NCBI GenBank assembly: GCA_965645245.1
Contig: OZ287071.1
Coordinates: 496,001-560,000, forward strand
DNA length: 64,000 nt
Direction of reading: 5' to 3'
Origin: Massalongia carnosa
Lineage: Eukaryota
This document shows, in pieces, positions 10,701 through 24,686 of the stretch (positions are counted from its first letter, which is position 1; the number at the start of each line of letters is the position of its first letter). The notes beneath the pieces are model-generated. The model ran no database searches. It saw only the letters and a program-made list of their open reading frames with translations, and was not told where the DNA came from. The position numbers were made by a program, and so were the translations under genes.

Positions 10701-11797
10701 GTTCCAACCTCGTATTTACAGATGTTACTAAGGAGAATCTATCGCATTGCTGGTCAGGATAGACCAATGGAGTTGTATGTTGTCTTCCAATATGATTTTG
10801 TTGGGCTGCGATGATTGTGATTCTTCGGCAATTGTATTTGCTCCGTGTGACGCAACACGTTCTTGGTGCTTCGGTGGATCTTGACTTCGGTCGTGAATTC
10901 CACCAGCGTTTCTTTATACTGCGTGCAGCAGCGACTCCTTCCGTTTTGCATTGACCTTGGTGCCAGCTTCTAACATACTTGTAGGTTCAAGAAAAGATCG
11001 ACGACGACGTGGACGCAGAACACGGCATATATGAGCCACGTTCGATATTCCACAACATGCAGGCTGGACTTTCAGGCATGAGCAATGCATGTAGGTATCC
11101 GTTGGTTGAAAATGCTCGAACAAGATATCCCGTGGTGCAACAAGCACGTCGAGAGGCAAGAATGTATCAGTTAGACGTTGCATCGCGACCTTAGACGTGA
11201 CGGCAAAGGATTGGGAAATGGGCTGAACAGCGAGAAGCGGGACGGGAAGCGGGGGGGTTTGAGTTCAGGGTCTGTTGCTGACATAACTACTCTGTACTCT
11301 AGCTGACTCCAATTCGTGTCGATCGATGACTTATCATACATACATCCCGTACAGAGTGGCTGATTAACTGAACGTTGCTGAATAACGGGGTCGATGGCGC
11401 CATGTCCCCCTTCGGACCCTTTCCCCACATGACCCCAACAAGCTTACCGTGCCCTCGTGCCCTGACTAACCCTATCCTATCTATCCTATCCTATCCTATC
11501 TTACCCTAACTCACCCACTCTGTACCATGCCCTAAGCTACCTTCTTTAATGGCTCCAGGTTAGGATGTCCAAACGTTAACGACACACTCAGACCTCTTCC
11601 CCTCTCTCCGACCTCTCCCCCTAAAAGATTAAATACTTCCGTACGCCCGTCGCCACTTATCTCTATCCTATCTTTCCTTTTTCCTCAACAATATTCTCAT
11701 CCATCTCCTTTGCATACTATTTATTACACTTTCATCGTCCTCAGGATCCACGATCAAAGCTCTAAGAATACTTAATCTAGCATAGATAAGTTCTAAA

Positions 11798-12882
11798 ATG
11801 TCCACCAACATCGCCCATACGGCCAATGACCCCAACAAGGAGTACAGCTCGTCGCCTGCGAATGAAGTTCACCATGGTCATCATCCGAATATGAGCAAGG
11901 AAGAACACCAGGTCGCCCAGTCCGCTGCTCGCTACGGCTATGGACCACTGGCTCATGTCAACACCGCCAACTCTGGCCGTCTGCCAGCCTTCGGCGGAGA
12001 GTTTCAACCTGGTCTCTATCGTCCGGTCAAGGATCGCAAATTCGCAAATCCAGCCCCCTTAGGCCTGAGCGCTTTTGCTCTCACAACCTTTGTCTTGAGT
12101 TTGATCAACATGTCGACACGAGGTGTTGTCGAGCCAAACATCGTGGTGGGGCTAGCTTTTGGCTACGGTGGGCTGGTGCAACTGCTGGCCGGCATGTGGT
12201 ATGTTATGCATCCAGTTTGGATGGCCCTTCTAGCTTATCGAAGAAATGTCCAACGGCAACGCTGCTAACATCCGGTAGGGAAATGGCTGTGGGCAATACG
12301 TTCGGCGCCACTGCTCTGTCTTCCTACGGTGGCTTCTGGCTTTCCTTTGCCGTCATCCTGACTCCTGGTGGTTTTGAAATACCGGCATCCATCGAAGCCA
12401 CTGGAGGTCCTTCGGCTTTCTATAACTCGTTTGGCTTTTTCTTGATGGTGATTATTTATTTGTTCCAGCTGACTCTAGAGCACCTGCTGACATATCTACA
12501 ACACAGGGCTGGTTTATCTTTACGACCATCCTCTTGCTAGCCACTTTGCGCTCGACCGTCGCCTTCTTCATATTGTTCTTCACCCTTGACCTTGCCTTTC
12601 TCCTTCTCGGCATCGGCTATCTACATCGTAACACCGAAGATAAGCCAAACCTGCCGATCATCAAAGCTGGGGGGTTCTTTGGTCTTCTCGCCGCTTTCAC
12701 GGCGTGGTACAATGCTTTGGCGGGTATCGTGGATGATTCGAACAGGTAGGAAAACTTCGCTGCCTCCGGTTAGTGAGTGCCTGCTAATCATGTGTGGCAG
12801 CTTCTTCGTTATCCCTGTGGCCCATTTCCCATGGTCGGTAACTGGTATTGAGAAGCGCAAATCGGAGAAAGCTACCGTTTAG
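11798..12882 (+). CDS. GPR1/FUN34/YaaH (ATO/AcpA) acetate transporter; exons 11798-12198, 12279-12447, 12507-12745, 12801-12882
   Basis: AFGGEFQPG, FANPAPLGL, YGGLVQLLAGMWE, GNTFGATALSSYGGFW motifs. Three GT-AG introns give an in-frame 296-aa product. Confidence 0.93.
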
Positions 12883-13371
12883 GCGCCGTTTTCTTCATAC
12901 TTTGTATAGGAAATGCGAACAAGATAATCCATGAAAATGAGGTGGAGCTTCTTTCATTAGACTCATATTCCGCCACAAGGCTCATTAATGTACCATTGGT
13001 ATATCCCAACAGCGGTTGATTTGCAGCAGCTTGAACGAGCTGTGCATGGCATATTAATATACTCCCAGCTCCAACGCTTGGGAAATTTATTGCAGGGTTG
13101 GATGATGCGCTTTATTTTCTCATCTTGTGTACCCAACGTCTAGGTGCTGTATTTGTAAGATAAATGTTCGTCGCGCAGCGCAGCACAGCGCAGTCGAGAA
13201 AATCCAACTCGCTAGCTTTATACCCTGAGTCCATTCGGGCAAACAGCTCCTGGTTTGCAGCTCTTGTTTTTCAGCGCTCTGCCTACTCTCTTTCTCTTTC
13301 CTTTCTTTCCCATTAACCTAACCTATAATGCACATCTATCATATACACAAACACATTATCATCTTGCATAA

Positions 13372-13762
13372 CCCCCCCCCCCCCCCCCCCCCGGGAATTT
13401 TTTAAAAAAATCTTTCATCATAAAAACCACATGTCCTCACCTCCCGGGGATCCTATAGCCCTTTCTGGTTATTTCTTTCCGTCTCGTTCAATAACTTTCC
13501 CTTCCATATCCTTCCCTCCTAACCCTCTGACATCCAGCTCGCAATAGTCGATACCCGATTCCCGATACGATGGATAGAATGGGTGGGTGGGGATTGAGAA
13601 GGGGAGATTGAAAGAGGTGGTTTAGAAGAGAAGAGGTAGAGAGGGAGGGGTAGGATGAAGGGAGGTGGGGGGCGTTGATTGGAGATAGTGAGGTAGGGAG
13701 GTAAATAAATGAACAGGTAACCAAACATGGTTACAACACCTTAACCCCCCCCCCCCCCCCCC
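13372..13762. repeat. Two poly-C tracts (13372-13392, 13745-13762) in a low-complexity intergenic region
   Basis: C21 and C18 runs read directly; an (AT)n run lies near 13857-13874. Confidence 0.85.
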
Positions 13763-15216
13763 TTTCCCACAAATTCAATCCCTATAGCCTCATCCCTATC
13801 TCACCCAACCATAAACCGATCAACCCTTCACAAAACAGAAAACAAATAGGGTAAGGATATATATAATATATATAATAAACCGCGCAGTTAGAACCTCAAC
13901 CCGATGCATCCCGCATCACATCACATCGCCTAGCTCTCTCAAATTTCTATAGTAATCTCAATCTCCCCGCTTTACCCCGCCCCTTTTTACTTTCTTTCTT
14001 TCTGTGTTTCCCCCAACTAAGCTTATGTATGCAGGAACCCAGACCAAGAGACTAGGAAATCAAAGGGAAAGGAAAAGAGAAAGAGACGGATGGGTGGGTG
14101 GATGGGATAAAGGACGACATTCACTGGTTGGCTGGCTGGGCTGGATGGATAACGATTAACTAGGTAGTTGATTACTACTCACTGTACCTGTTAAATACCT
14201 AGCTAGTTAGATAAGTGACATGACTTGATTTGAGTAGATATGTACCTGGATTCTTATGCTTTTGTTGTTTTACTATCTTCTTTTCTGGGCAAAAGGGGAA
14301 ATGGGGGGTGAAAAAAGGGGGATGAGAGGATTTAGTATGTCACCGTCCTTTTTGGGGAACGAGATTCTTTCGTTTCTGCTTCATTGTTCGTACACTTGTT
14401 TTAGGATTAGGGACAATAAAGTTGTTGGGGAAGGGAGGGATGTGGGGGAAATTTAGTGGGGAAAGGGAAAATCGCTGGATTCTACCTTCTCATTTTCCCC
14501 CATGTTCCACGAATAACGTGGCAAATTCCGAAGGAGGAAAAAAGGTTTCTCTTGCTATTCTTCTGGAATTAACTTAGAGAAAGTTGTGTATAGCTAAAAA
14601 TTCCTAATGTACATTGTTGGGAATTTTTGGCGCAAAGAAAAAAAGCCAGGGTATCTCTCATGTGACAAAAGTGAAGAGAGAAAGCTGTAAGGGACTGGGC
14701 TTGCGAGACCCTAACTTCATCCAAATAGATGTAAGCCAAGGCCGGGAAAACAATAGATGCAGTAGAGTTTTCCTCCCCATAGCGTGAAAATAACATCCTC
14801 AATATCCTGAAGGATTGAAGTCTTCACTGCGCATAAATATGCTCTGGATAACAAGTATCCAACCTGTGAGACTAACCTAGCCGGGATGAATCTAATCGGT
14901 CGGTTTCTGGTGCTTTTGTTGTTCCTCCTATATCGCTTCAAAAGTGCTGCGTGATAAGTCCGACAATGTTGGACAAGATGAAGGAGAAAGAGAAATTGTG
15001 TGACGCTAGCAATGCAAGAGAGAAGTCGCTAATGTGAGTCGAGCATGAAGATCCTAATACATGAAAAATAACCAGTACTCCATGTGTACCTTCTGACGCT
15101 GGCCAATGGATGAGGGACAGCCTAAGTGAACCGACAAGGGGAAGCCCATAATAGACGTAGTAGAATGCTACGCCAAGCCAAGGGACGACGGTTTGAATCA
15201 GACAGTTGGCAGCTAA

Positions 15217-16521
15217 TCAAAACACTGGAGCTGATGGATTGATTGGGGGCAATGAGTATTGGGTGTCATATCGCCGTCCTGTTAGCTGGACCGATGGCTG
15301 ATGATAAAGGCTGGAATGCATGGATGGTTGATGGTAGCTTCCCAAACCAGGGTTATAGCCAACAAAGTCCGTCCCAACCGGGGTAATCGGAGGTGTCGGG
15401 CAGCCATTCCCATCCAACGATAGCATCTGTCCTTTTTGCGGTGTTATACAAGGTCCTTGCGCGCCGCGTTGAACGGCTCTTCCAATATCGGTTGGAAGAA
15501 GTTCCGAGGGCGGTGTTGGTGGTGTAGGATTGCAGCGTGCAATTGAAGCTTCTCGTGCCAAAAATGACTCTAGAGTCTTTGATACTCTGGTGAACTTCAC
15601 GGTCGAGTATTTCCGGGATAGAATTGGCGAAGGTCTGTGTAGCTGTTGGGACAAGGTGACCGCGAGTTCATCGAACCTCAAAGCCATGTTTCGTCCTAAA
15701 ATATACCTAGCCAACACCAAGGACGAACGCGCCATGTCGGAAGGTAACTCGGATATGAAATCTTTGGAGAATAGGGCAATCTCAGATATGTAACGGGCCA
15801 TATTCTGAACTTCAGGATCCGAAGGATGGCCTTCAAGATCAAGCTGTAAAAAAGCATCAATGGTTGGATGCCCGATAGCCCAACTGAGTGTCTGCAGAAC
15901 ATGCCACTCCATCTGAGTAAACATGTCATCATCATAGAGACCACAGCACATGCACCTGAGCTCCTTTATTGTAGGAACGTATTCCTTACGATCCCCGAAT
16001 TTCGCAGCAATGAGCAATGCTGCACATCCAACCAATTGATAGTGGCGTTTGTACACTATACGCCGTGAGCAGTATCGATCGAGGAGATTGATTGTCAGGT
16101 GCAGCGTTTCCGGCAACAGGCTGAAAGCGTTATGAGCTTCGATCAAGAAGTCAATCAGATAAGGACGCATGAACCATTGTATCTCCGTCTGAATCTCAAT
16201 GGCGGCAACGTCGGGGAGGGTTACTTTCTATTCCAAAATTAGCGGAAGAAATGTATTGAGAGATTCGCGGCCCTTGACCTCCATTTCCTTCATATGTTGT
16301 ACAACCTCGTCTCGATAATCATCACTGGTCTGTCGGGATAGATTCTCACCGATAGTGTTTTGTATTTCCAAATTTTCCGCTTGAATCTGATCCCTCATAG
16401 CTTGCTGGGCCATTGGGTGATTTGAGGCCGCTGCACTATGTCGGGATGTAACATTTTCTTGCCCTGATATGAATGGATCATCCGCGATGTAATTGTCGTA
16501 ACGTTGGTGTGAATAGGCCAT
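15217..16521 (-). CDS. G1/S-type cyclin (Ccn1/Cln/Puc1-like); exons 16521-16279, 16227-15217
   Basis: Cyclin box TLPDVAAIEIQTEIQWFMRPYLIDFLIEAH...LLDRYCSRRIVYKRHYQLVGCAALLIAAK; S/T-P-rich PEST-like tail; 51-nt intron. Confidence 0.9.
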
Positions 16522-19500
16522 GATTGTGGATGAGCACTCTGTTGACTTTCCAGAGGTCTAAATACTAGCTTTAGATCCTGCCGTTTAATAGAGGTATGAT
16601 TCCCCGCTAGAGGTAACCGTTTGGTTCTTGAAACTGTAAGAGACTGGACGTATGAACACTAATACGATTAAGGAGTGACTAAGGTCAGAAAGTTGTGTAT
16701 TAAAGGATCGTATCCAGTTAGAAAAGCTGAAAGATAAAGAAAAATTGGTGTTTGGAGCTTTCGTATGGTAGCTGATAACTTATAAAGTTTCGAAATCTGC
16801 TTGCTCTTGTTAGATGATGGCAAGGTCATATAGGGAATGGGAGTCCACCAACCTTGATAGGTTGGATGGCCGTCTGGTATTCCACGTCTCTGGAATGGTG
16901 AGCGTAAAATTGCGGTAGAGACGAGCTAACGCCTCCGCACAAACTAGGGATAGAGAATGTGACGACGCCGCGAGTGGAAACGGTCTGTAATAAAGTTTGT
17001 TAGATCCCGAGGGATTAATAGAAGCCATATAAGTCTACCTTCAGAAAATTGTCCTCGCGAGGTAAAGATATAACTTGATGTCAGCCTTAATGATAATGGC
17101 GGTTTCGAGACAGAGTTTGAAGGTTGGATAACTATATATTGGGGTCTTTTGTTAGCTACGTATCTGGAAACGAGAAGAATTTTTACGTGGTTCGCAATAC
17201 GCGAAGTGCCCGCAATCTATGATAGATCGCTGTCTTGAGCTCGAAATTCAACCATAAGCCAGACTAAACATTTTTGTACAGTCCAGGCGTGGGGGTTTTG
17301 GTGAAAGACTAGGGTGTTTCCCAGATTATGTAATGCATTAAACCGAGCAGACAAAACATGTAGAGTTTATGGTGAATAACTATCAGCTTGTGGTTGTCGA
17401 CACTATTCAAAAGTCCCTCGTTGGGCAATCTTGATGGGAGTATTATCCGAGCAATGTTCCCAGGTGTTCAACGATTTGGCGTGACCCACAAAGAGTAGCC
17501 ATGATAGAAGCATTCCAGAGTGGGTCCATTGGCTTGTGGTTTCTGGAGGTTGCAACCCCCTGGCCTGCTGGAAAGGGGCCGGCAAGGAATGCGAGGAAAA
17601 TAAGCTTATTAACTCACCAAGAAACTCCCAGAGTTATATCTTTCACCCAAATATTTCCAGTTATCAGTGAAGTATCAGATGACACAAGTGCTCTTGACTG
17701 GAGATCGTGAGTCGCGGGTGGTGAGGCCTTCGGGTGTAGGTGTCTAGCTGCCGGAAGGTACAAAGAGACAAGAGATCGACAAAGGCTGGGGCGATGCGAG
17801 AGGGTTTTTTCCCGGACGACAAGAATGAGGAGCTTCTCAAAGAATCAATGGAAATGGAGGACAGCTTGCTGTCGTGGGTGAAATAGGTGCCGGATTAGGA
17901 GTTGACACCGTGCACGACAGAAGGAGAGGAGACGGGAACGGACGTTGCTAGATCTTGGTCCAGCACATGTCACACAATCCCTGAGCCAACTTCAAACCTC
18001 TGTATGACTGCAGAGGGGAAGGGCAATGAGTGAGAGGAGAGAGAGGGAGGTTTGAGAGGAGAAAAACACCGTCCTGTGAAGTTGAACACAGGAGGAGAAG
18101 TTCGAGGCTGGCAATTGGCAATTGATTCAAGAATTGGAGACGGCTAATTTTGACAGGGGTCTCCCAACCTATCCGCACTCTGAATCCTCTAGCGACTGAT
18201 ACCTTGTAGAAGCATAAGGCACTCCGTACTGCTGGTCATGACCACACTTTTCGTTAGCGGTAATAAAGCGAACCCCGCTTGGGTTGAAAGGGATTAGCGT
18301 TTAATTCCTTTTTCTGCTCGCGTTTCTTCATTACAGTCGGAAGGGGCAATCTGATACGTACGGAGTACTCCGTCCACAAGTGCCAACGCCGTGTTCACTC
18401 AGCCCATGAAATAAGTGTTGTGTACCTATTTTACCAAAACAAGATGTCTAGGACTCCGCTAGGTATCTCCGCAAAGAAATGGCTAGCTAGCAAGAACAAA
18501 GTGGCCGCCGTTTCAACAATCTGATACGATGTTTTCCTGTGAGGTTCATACTCTAAATTCTGACCTCTCGGCACCGTTTCCTTGTTCTGCTCATGCAGTC
18601 TCATTGAACGTGTGAATTGTAAGTTTTGCTCTTGAACGGAAAACACTGCCAACTGTCTCACCCGATCTTGTGCAACTGGTGGGAGTTTACGGCGGGTGGT
18701 GATGCTGGGTGCTTGCTGATCGTAGGAGCGCGATGCCCGACCTGTTACGCTGCACCTTCGAGTCGCTTCCGAGAGGATCTTCTGTCGCGTCACCACCAAT
18801 TTACTGGTCAAATGAGAAGCGGCTCTTGGATTTGCAAACACCACCAAGGATGCCTTAGCTACCTGTACTCTGTAAACCTCGCCTATGGTTTTTCTCCTTG
18901 CCGGGGCTGCAACCAATGCGTAACCTCAGGAAAGACATGGTTCCCTGATTCTCAACCCTGCTCATGCAGAATGCAGCTTTATGCTGTTGCTTTTACATCT
19001 TTGCCAGCCGTTCCGGAGAAGTTCAAATACCCCAGCTTGCAATGATTGCTAAATGTTATACAAGTCTGTGATTGCTTAACTACCTTTCCGCCGCAAGTGC
19101 TAGCATGGCTTCCAACTCGCTCCGAGTTCAGATGACTCTGGCTTAAAGGCCGCCTACAGAATTGACTACCTACCTTTTCACGTTGTCTGACCTTCCATGA
19201 GTTGATGATGCCCACTATCAATCGGTAACTCACATATGCACCGAACACACTTGGGAACTTCAAGGGAAACAAGCATGGTCGACAATCCCGTTGTTTGCCC
19301 GGTTTTGTGTGTTCGACATTATCGAAAATGCTGACCCTTGCCTTGTCTTATGCCATCTTGAAGAGTCATTACTGGCTTGTCTGAGCTCCTAGAGAAAAAT
19401 ATCTTGAAGAATGACGTGAAGTTACTTCAGAGGCAAGAGCTGATACTCAACATGACTAGCCATGCCCGCGGTTGAAATCCCATTTCTTTGCCAGAGTCTT

Positions 19501-21675
19501 CCATTCATAAGCCCATTATATTCACAATTCTAGTACTACATGCTCTCCAATCGTTACAGTATCACAGAATAGAACTTCAGCAAGAGATAAATGCCCAAAT
19601 TCTCGTAGCTGCCTCGCTGCTGCTACGAGGGAAACGGCTCAACGCTGGCGGCTGGAATATTCAACCTCCGGCTGAGATTTCAAAGATTCCGTTACCCTCT
19701 ATAACTAATAATGAGCTATTTCACAGGCATGATTTGCTCAAATCCGTTTGAACACAAGTTATGTGTTTTTCCAGAACCAAGTTATATATACTGCTATGGA
19801 GTCAAGAAGTTCAACTAATTTAGTCACAAACTCCTTTCTCTAGGAGGTGCGCGCCGTATTTCTTTTAGATAAAGTACTGTGAAAAGCAAAAATAGAGATT
19901 TTTGCTTCTTATTCAAGATCCGGTTTGGGGGAATGGCGACATCAAGCACAATGCCCTTAGGATCATATATGCATGATGACGAGTGGTTGGGTTTCCCAAA
20001 GAAAAATACCGTCCAATTTGTACCGGTGATACAGATACCGCTCTACGCGTTTAGGACGCGTTCGTGGAAGAGTCTAAGCCGACTACGGAACGGACACATA
20101 ACCTCATGCAAGCCCCCCAAGACGCTTGGCATGGCTAATCCTAGAAAGCAGCCGAAGAGCAGCCACGTCGCTGGGTCGCGAGTCTCGATACCTGTCTAAT
20201 ATCACACAATTCGATGGAACACTCTGTCTTCATATACACAGGACATTTGAAATTCTGCAGATTTCTGTATGCTACTGGTGGTTCATACTTTAAAGCAATT
20301 TCTTGTTGAGAAATTGCCTTGTGTACTTTGTACTCTGCAAAGCTTAGGAGCCTCGATGATCGAATATGGCTCATTGTTATCCTCGCATGTGGCACAGACC
20401 CATCATATGCAAATCGACAGTAATCCTTAGACCAACAAAGCCCTGAAACCTAGGCAGGCAGGTAGCTTTCGCGACGAGCTCCACAGACAACCCGAATCCG
20501 GATAATGCCTCAACCGCTGTAGAGAGTAATCTGTGCATGTTGCAGATTTTTCGTCTTCGGTTTTTCTTTGTAATAACTATGCGACATGTCCCTTGTTTTG
20601 TTGGGGCGGTCATGATAAGTTGAATGCAGCATCGTCGGCAATAATGCAAGATCGATTAGATGTGCGGACGACAGCGATATAAAGATTCAAGTGTTATCGA
20701 GTAGCTCCGCGCGTCTTGGTTGCATATTCAGGGCCGTTCCTCACTGACAGTCGCATCATAACTCCCTTACATCGAGCGGCACGGCCTCGAGTTGGTACAG
20801 AAAAATGTTGCACCCCAAGGATTACCCTAGAATAAATAGATATTACAGTGTGGTTTCTGAAGAAGATCCATTCTCGTCAAGCGATTTGCCACTACTTCCT
20901 GCCATTTCTTAAGCTATTATATGCATGTCTCGCATCATGCTGTTTTTTTTCTCGTCAATTGTACACAATTTCTTGTGATAGCATTTGACACCTACCGGCT
21001 TTTGAAAAGATGATCCTTAGTTCCTGCTCTAACAACAAGGTTGTGAGTTTAAAGTAGCTCAGCAAGATTCTTACTTCCGTGGGTCTTGAATAGAGGTCGG
21101 ATATCTTTTTTAGGTTCATGTCCAAACTGTTGGAAATGCTTGGGAATTTGCATTCGGTGTGGCTATTTTGTGTCAAGTAGATTTCCTTAGGAAAGCAATC
21201 GTCCAAGCGGCATGGAGGCTTTGATAATTAAAAGAATCCCATACCTCTCGATACCAATTCTGTATCTTTCACTCAAGTGATACCTCCCACCAAATCCTAA
21301 AGGTATTTAATAGACTTCTTCAAGATATTTAGCTTCTTTACCCATAAATTGAATATTCAAGATGGTTTCAGCTCCGAATATACAACAGTAATAGTACTGT
21401 AGACAGGTGTTCAGAGTACTCCTGCTAAATATTTAGATTACTTTTGGCCCTAGTGCAATTACAATCCAACTTTTGAGGCCTTGTACTAACTATGTACGGA
21501 TTACACTCAAGGTATTCTGTAGTTCGTTAGAGTAAGCGAGCTCGGGAAAAACTTCCCTGTGAAGCTTTGAATATTTTCGATCACCAAGAGACAGTTTCTT
21601 GGTCCATGAACCACTGGTTTGTTCACCCTTAAATGCTTCGAGCTTTATAAACTATCACTGACTTCTATAAAGGAC

Positions 21676-24600
21676 ATGGATGTTCATCGCTGTCGATTTG
21701 TTCCATATCCGCCTTCTGCAATTAACGCAACTGCCTTTTCTCATACTTCCTCTCTCGCCTCAACAAGTAAAGGATTTCCTACGCTACGACTTGCAGTTGG
21801 TCGGGCTAATGGAGATATTGAGATATGGAACCCACTGAAAGGGGTTTGGCTCCAGGAGAGCATACTTCGAGGGGGCAAGGATCGAAGTATCGAAGGATTG
21901 GTCTGGACACAAGATCCAGATGATTTGGATAAAAATGGCTGGAAGACTCCGGGAAAGCTAAGGCTTTTTAGTATTGGTTACTCTACGTCAGTCACAGAGT
22001 GGGATCTTGCTCTTGGAAGACCTCTACGTCACTCCTCTGGAAACTATGGCGAGATTTGGTGTATAGCAGCGCAGCCAATAACAAAAATTATTGGGGAAGC
22101 CTCAAGTAGTGGACAGGAACTCGTAAAATCCGAATTGGATTCTCAGGAGCAAGATGTTGTGGCTGGATGTGCGGATGGCGCCATTGTGTTGATGTCTACT
22201 AGAGATGGCGATCTACGGTTTTCCAGGACACTGGCAAGGCCCTCTAAGAAAAAGGCGCGAGTTCTTTGCGCTACATATCAGAATCGGAACATTGTTATAA
22301 CGGGGCATGCTGACAGTACTATCCGGGTCTTCGACACTCGCAATAGCCAACAAATACGGAACATTTCTTTAGGAGCAGGCCCTGTTGAAGGCCCCAAAGA
22401 AACGCTAGTGTGGTCAGTGAAGTGCTTGCATGATGGAACTCTTGTATCTGGCGACTCAACAGGTACTATAAGATTTTGGGATGGCAAAAACTTTACCCTA
22501 ATGCAGCGCATCAAGAGCCATTTGGCAGACATATTAGATGTGGCGGCGAGTGCAGATGGAGAAACTGTCATTAGTGGTGGGATGGATCGAAGAACAACTC
22601 TCTACCGACGCATAGGCAATGGCAAGAAAGGAGCGAAGCGCCAGTGGGCAGAGCTAACTCATCGAAGACTCCATAAGCACGATGTAAAGACGATGGCTAC
22701 GTTTGAGACGAAAAACTTCAGCGTTCTAGTCTCAGGAGGTACGCTATGAACACTTATAATCTAGTCCATAGATCCTGATTAAAATCACATAGGTCTCGAT
22801 ACGAGCCTTATAATCATGCCTATTCAAAAATTTGGGAAGGAATTCCACCGGACGCTATCAGGTTTACCCCAACAGACTTGTATTGGTGGAGCTTCAAGTG
22901 AGCGATTAATGATGAGCTGGTGGTCAAGCGAAATACGGATATGGTGGATTCCAAGCTACGATCAATCTAATCATAGTGCTAGTCAGGAGGACGCATATGA
23001 TGAAGTCTTGACAAGGAAGTTGGCTGCCCGAGTTGCTATCCAGGTTAGATGCCGCAATGTACTCGTACGCCTCAAATGCTAATTCCATCGCAGGGCGAAG
23101 AGTCGCTTGTTTCCGTTGATTTGATGTCGAATGGTAGAATGCTTTCAGCATGCAGCATGTCCAACGTGAAACTCTTTCATCTGCGACGCAAAAGGAGTAA
23201 TACTCTCAAGGTGTCGAAGACTGGAATGCCCCTTAACGCCGGAGATGTCGGTGCTAAAATAGTTAAATTTTCGCCAGATGGAAAGTGGCTGCTAATAATC
23301 AGAACTGACAGTAGTGTTCAAATTTTTCGATTGCGAGAAGACGATGGGTCTAAATCACAGCTTCTCATTAAAAGTCCAATAGCTCTGCAGCGGCTGTCCA
23401 GAGATCCAGCCAAGACCAAACTTCAGTATGGGAGTCTTGGGGATTACGAAAGATCGATTAGCCGCGTCGCATTTTCTGCGGACAGCAGAATTCTCGTTGT
23501 AGGAGACCTCTCCGGGTATCTAGATACCTGGGTTTTGGAAGGCTACGAGGATCTTACGCAAGGCGACGAGGAGGCCGAGGCCTTGGGGCCATCTGCTGAT
23601 TCTGATGAAGACGCTGATGACGAGAGTCAACCCCGGATCATTTTTGGTCAACACTGGATTCGAAATCCCGCTGCTTCATTATTACCAAAGCTATCGGTAG
23701 CACCAATCATATTATCATTCCGGCCCTCGAGATTGGGTTCGACCGCTGCAACTAATGGTAATAGAGCTGTACATCCTACACGACGCACTCCTCATCCACA
23801 TTCCCATGACCTGCCGGACGGTGAAGATCGACTTTTTGTCTTCACAAGTGAGCATCAAATGTATGAGTTCCATATCATGTCTGGCAAATTGTCGGATTGG
23901 TCGCGGAGAAACCCTACTTCCAGCTTGCCTCAAAAATTTCGCGATATTCGAGATCGGGCTATGGGAGTGGTCTGGGATGTTTGGAGGCCTAAGGAACGAA
24001 TCTGGCTTTATGGGAGCTCTTGGCTCTGGATGTTTGATCTATCAGATGACTTGCAACCTGACATAGAGTTCATAAATCAAGTGAGGGATGAAAATCTTGC
24101 TATAGATTCTCCAAGTACCCCCGGGGCAAAGAAAAGCAAGCGAAAACGCGGGTTAGAGGACCTAACCATAGGGAAGGTAAGAAAGTTTAACACAGGCGCT
24201 GGGGGCAATATCCCCGAATGGGAGCTGGGCATCGGCATTGGGCAAAAGTTCCGCAAAATCGATGGGCCGGAGGCTAGTGATAGCCAGTGGATAAGCGCAG
24301 ATCTGGAGCAAGACCAAGCCTCTGATGATGATGACGCAGCCGATCTGACTACTCTCATTTCTTTGCGCAGAGGCTCTGGCGGTAATAGCCCCGTCACCAA
24401 TGTCTTTTCCGGAGACACTGCGACTATCGATGAGTCTAGCGGAGAGCCCCAGCGGGGTCATGGAGGAATATATGGTACCCAGCCTTATTGGGGCACTCAT
24501 AGATATAGAGACATCCTGGGTATTGTACCCTTGGGGAATGGTCTTTGGAAGTGTGACGATGGCGTGGAACAAGGTCCGGAGGATGATCAATCACCGAGAG

Positions 24601-24686
24601 GGGTTGAGGTTACATTGATCGAACGACCGATCGAGGAGGTGGACTTACCTCCACGATATTACGGTGACCAGGAATGGGGGGATTAA
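21676..24686 (+). CDS. UTP4: U3 snoRNA-associated WD40 protein Utp4; introns 22739-22792, 23044-23093
   Basis: Characteristic start MDVHRCRFVPYPPSAI, LAVGRANGDIEIWNP, WD40 repeats, C-terminal ERP...LPP. Confidence 0.9.

Noticed and set aside
8400..11430. Chains of short minus-strand ORFs (9507-10069, 10754-11183) as pseudogenes
   Set aside because: Slightly protein-like, but I could not identify a family or a consistent splice model.
18431..19272. Overlapping 97-161 aa ORFs upstream of the cyclin
   Set aside because: Non-ATG starts, no motifs, overlapping on both strands; consistent with chance.
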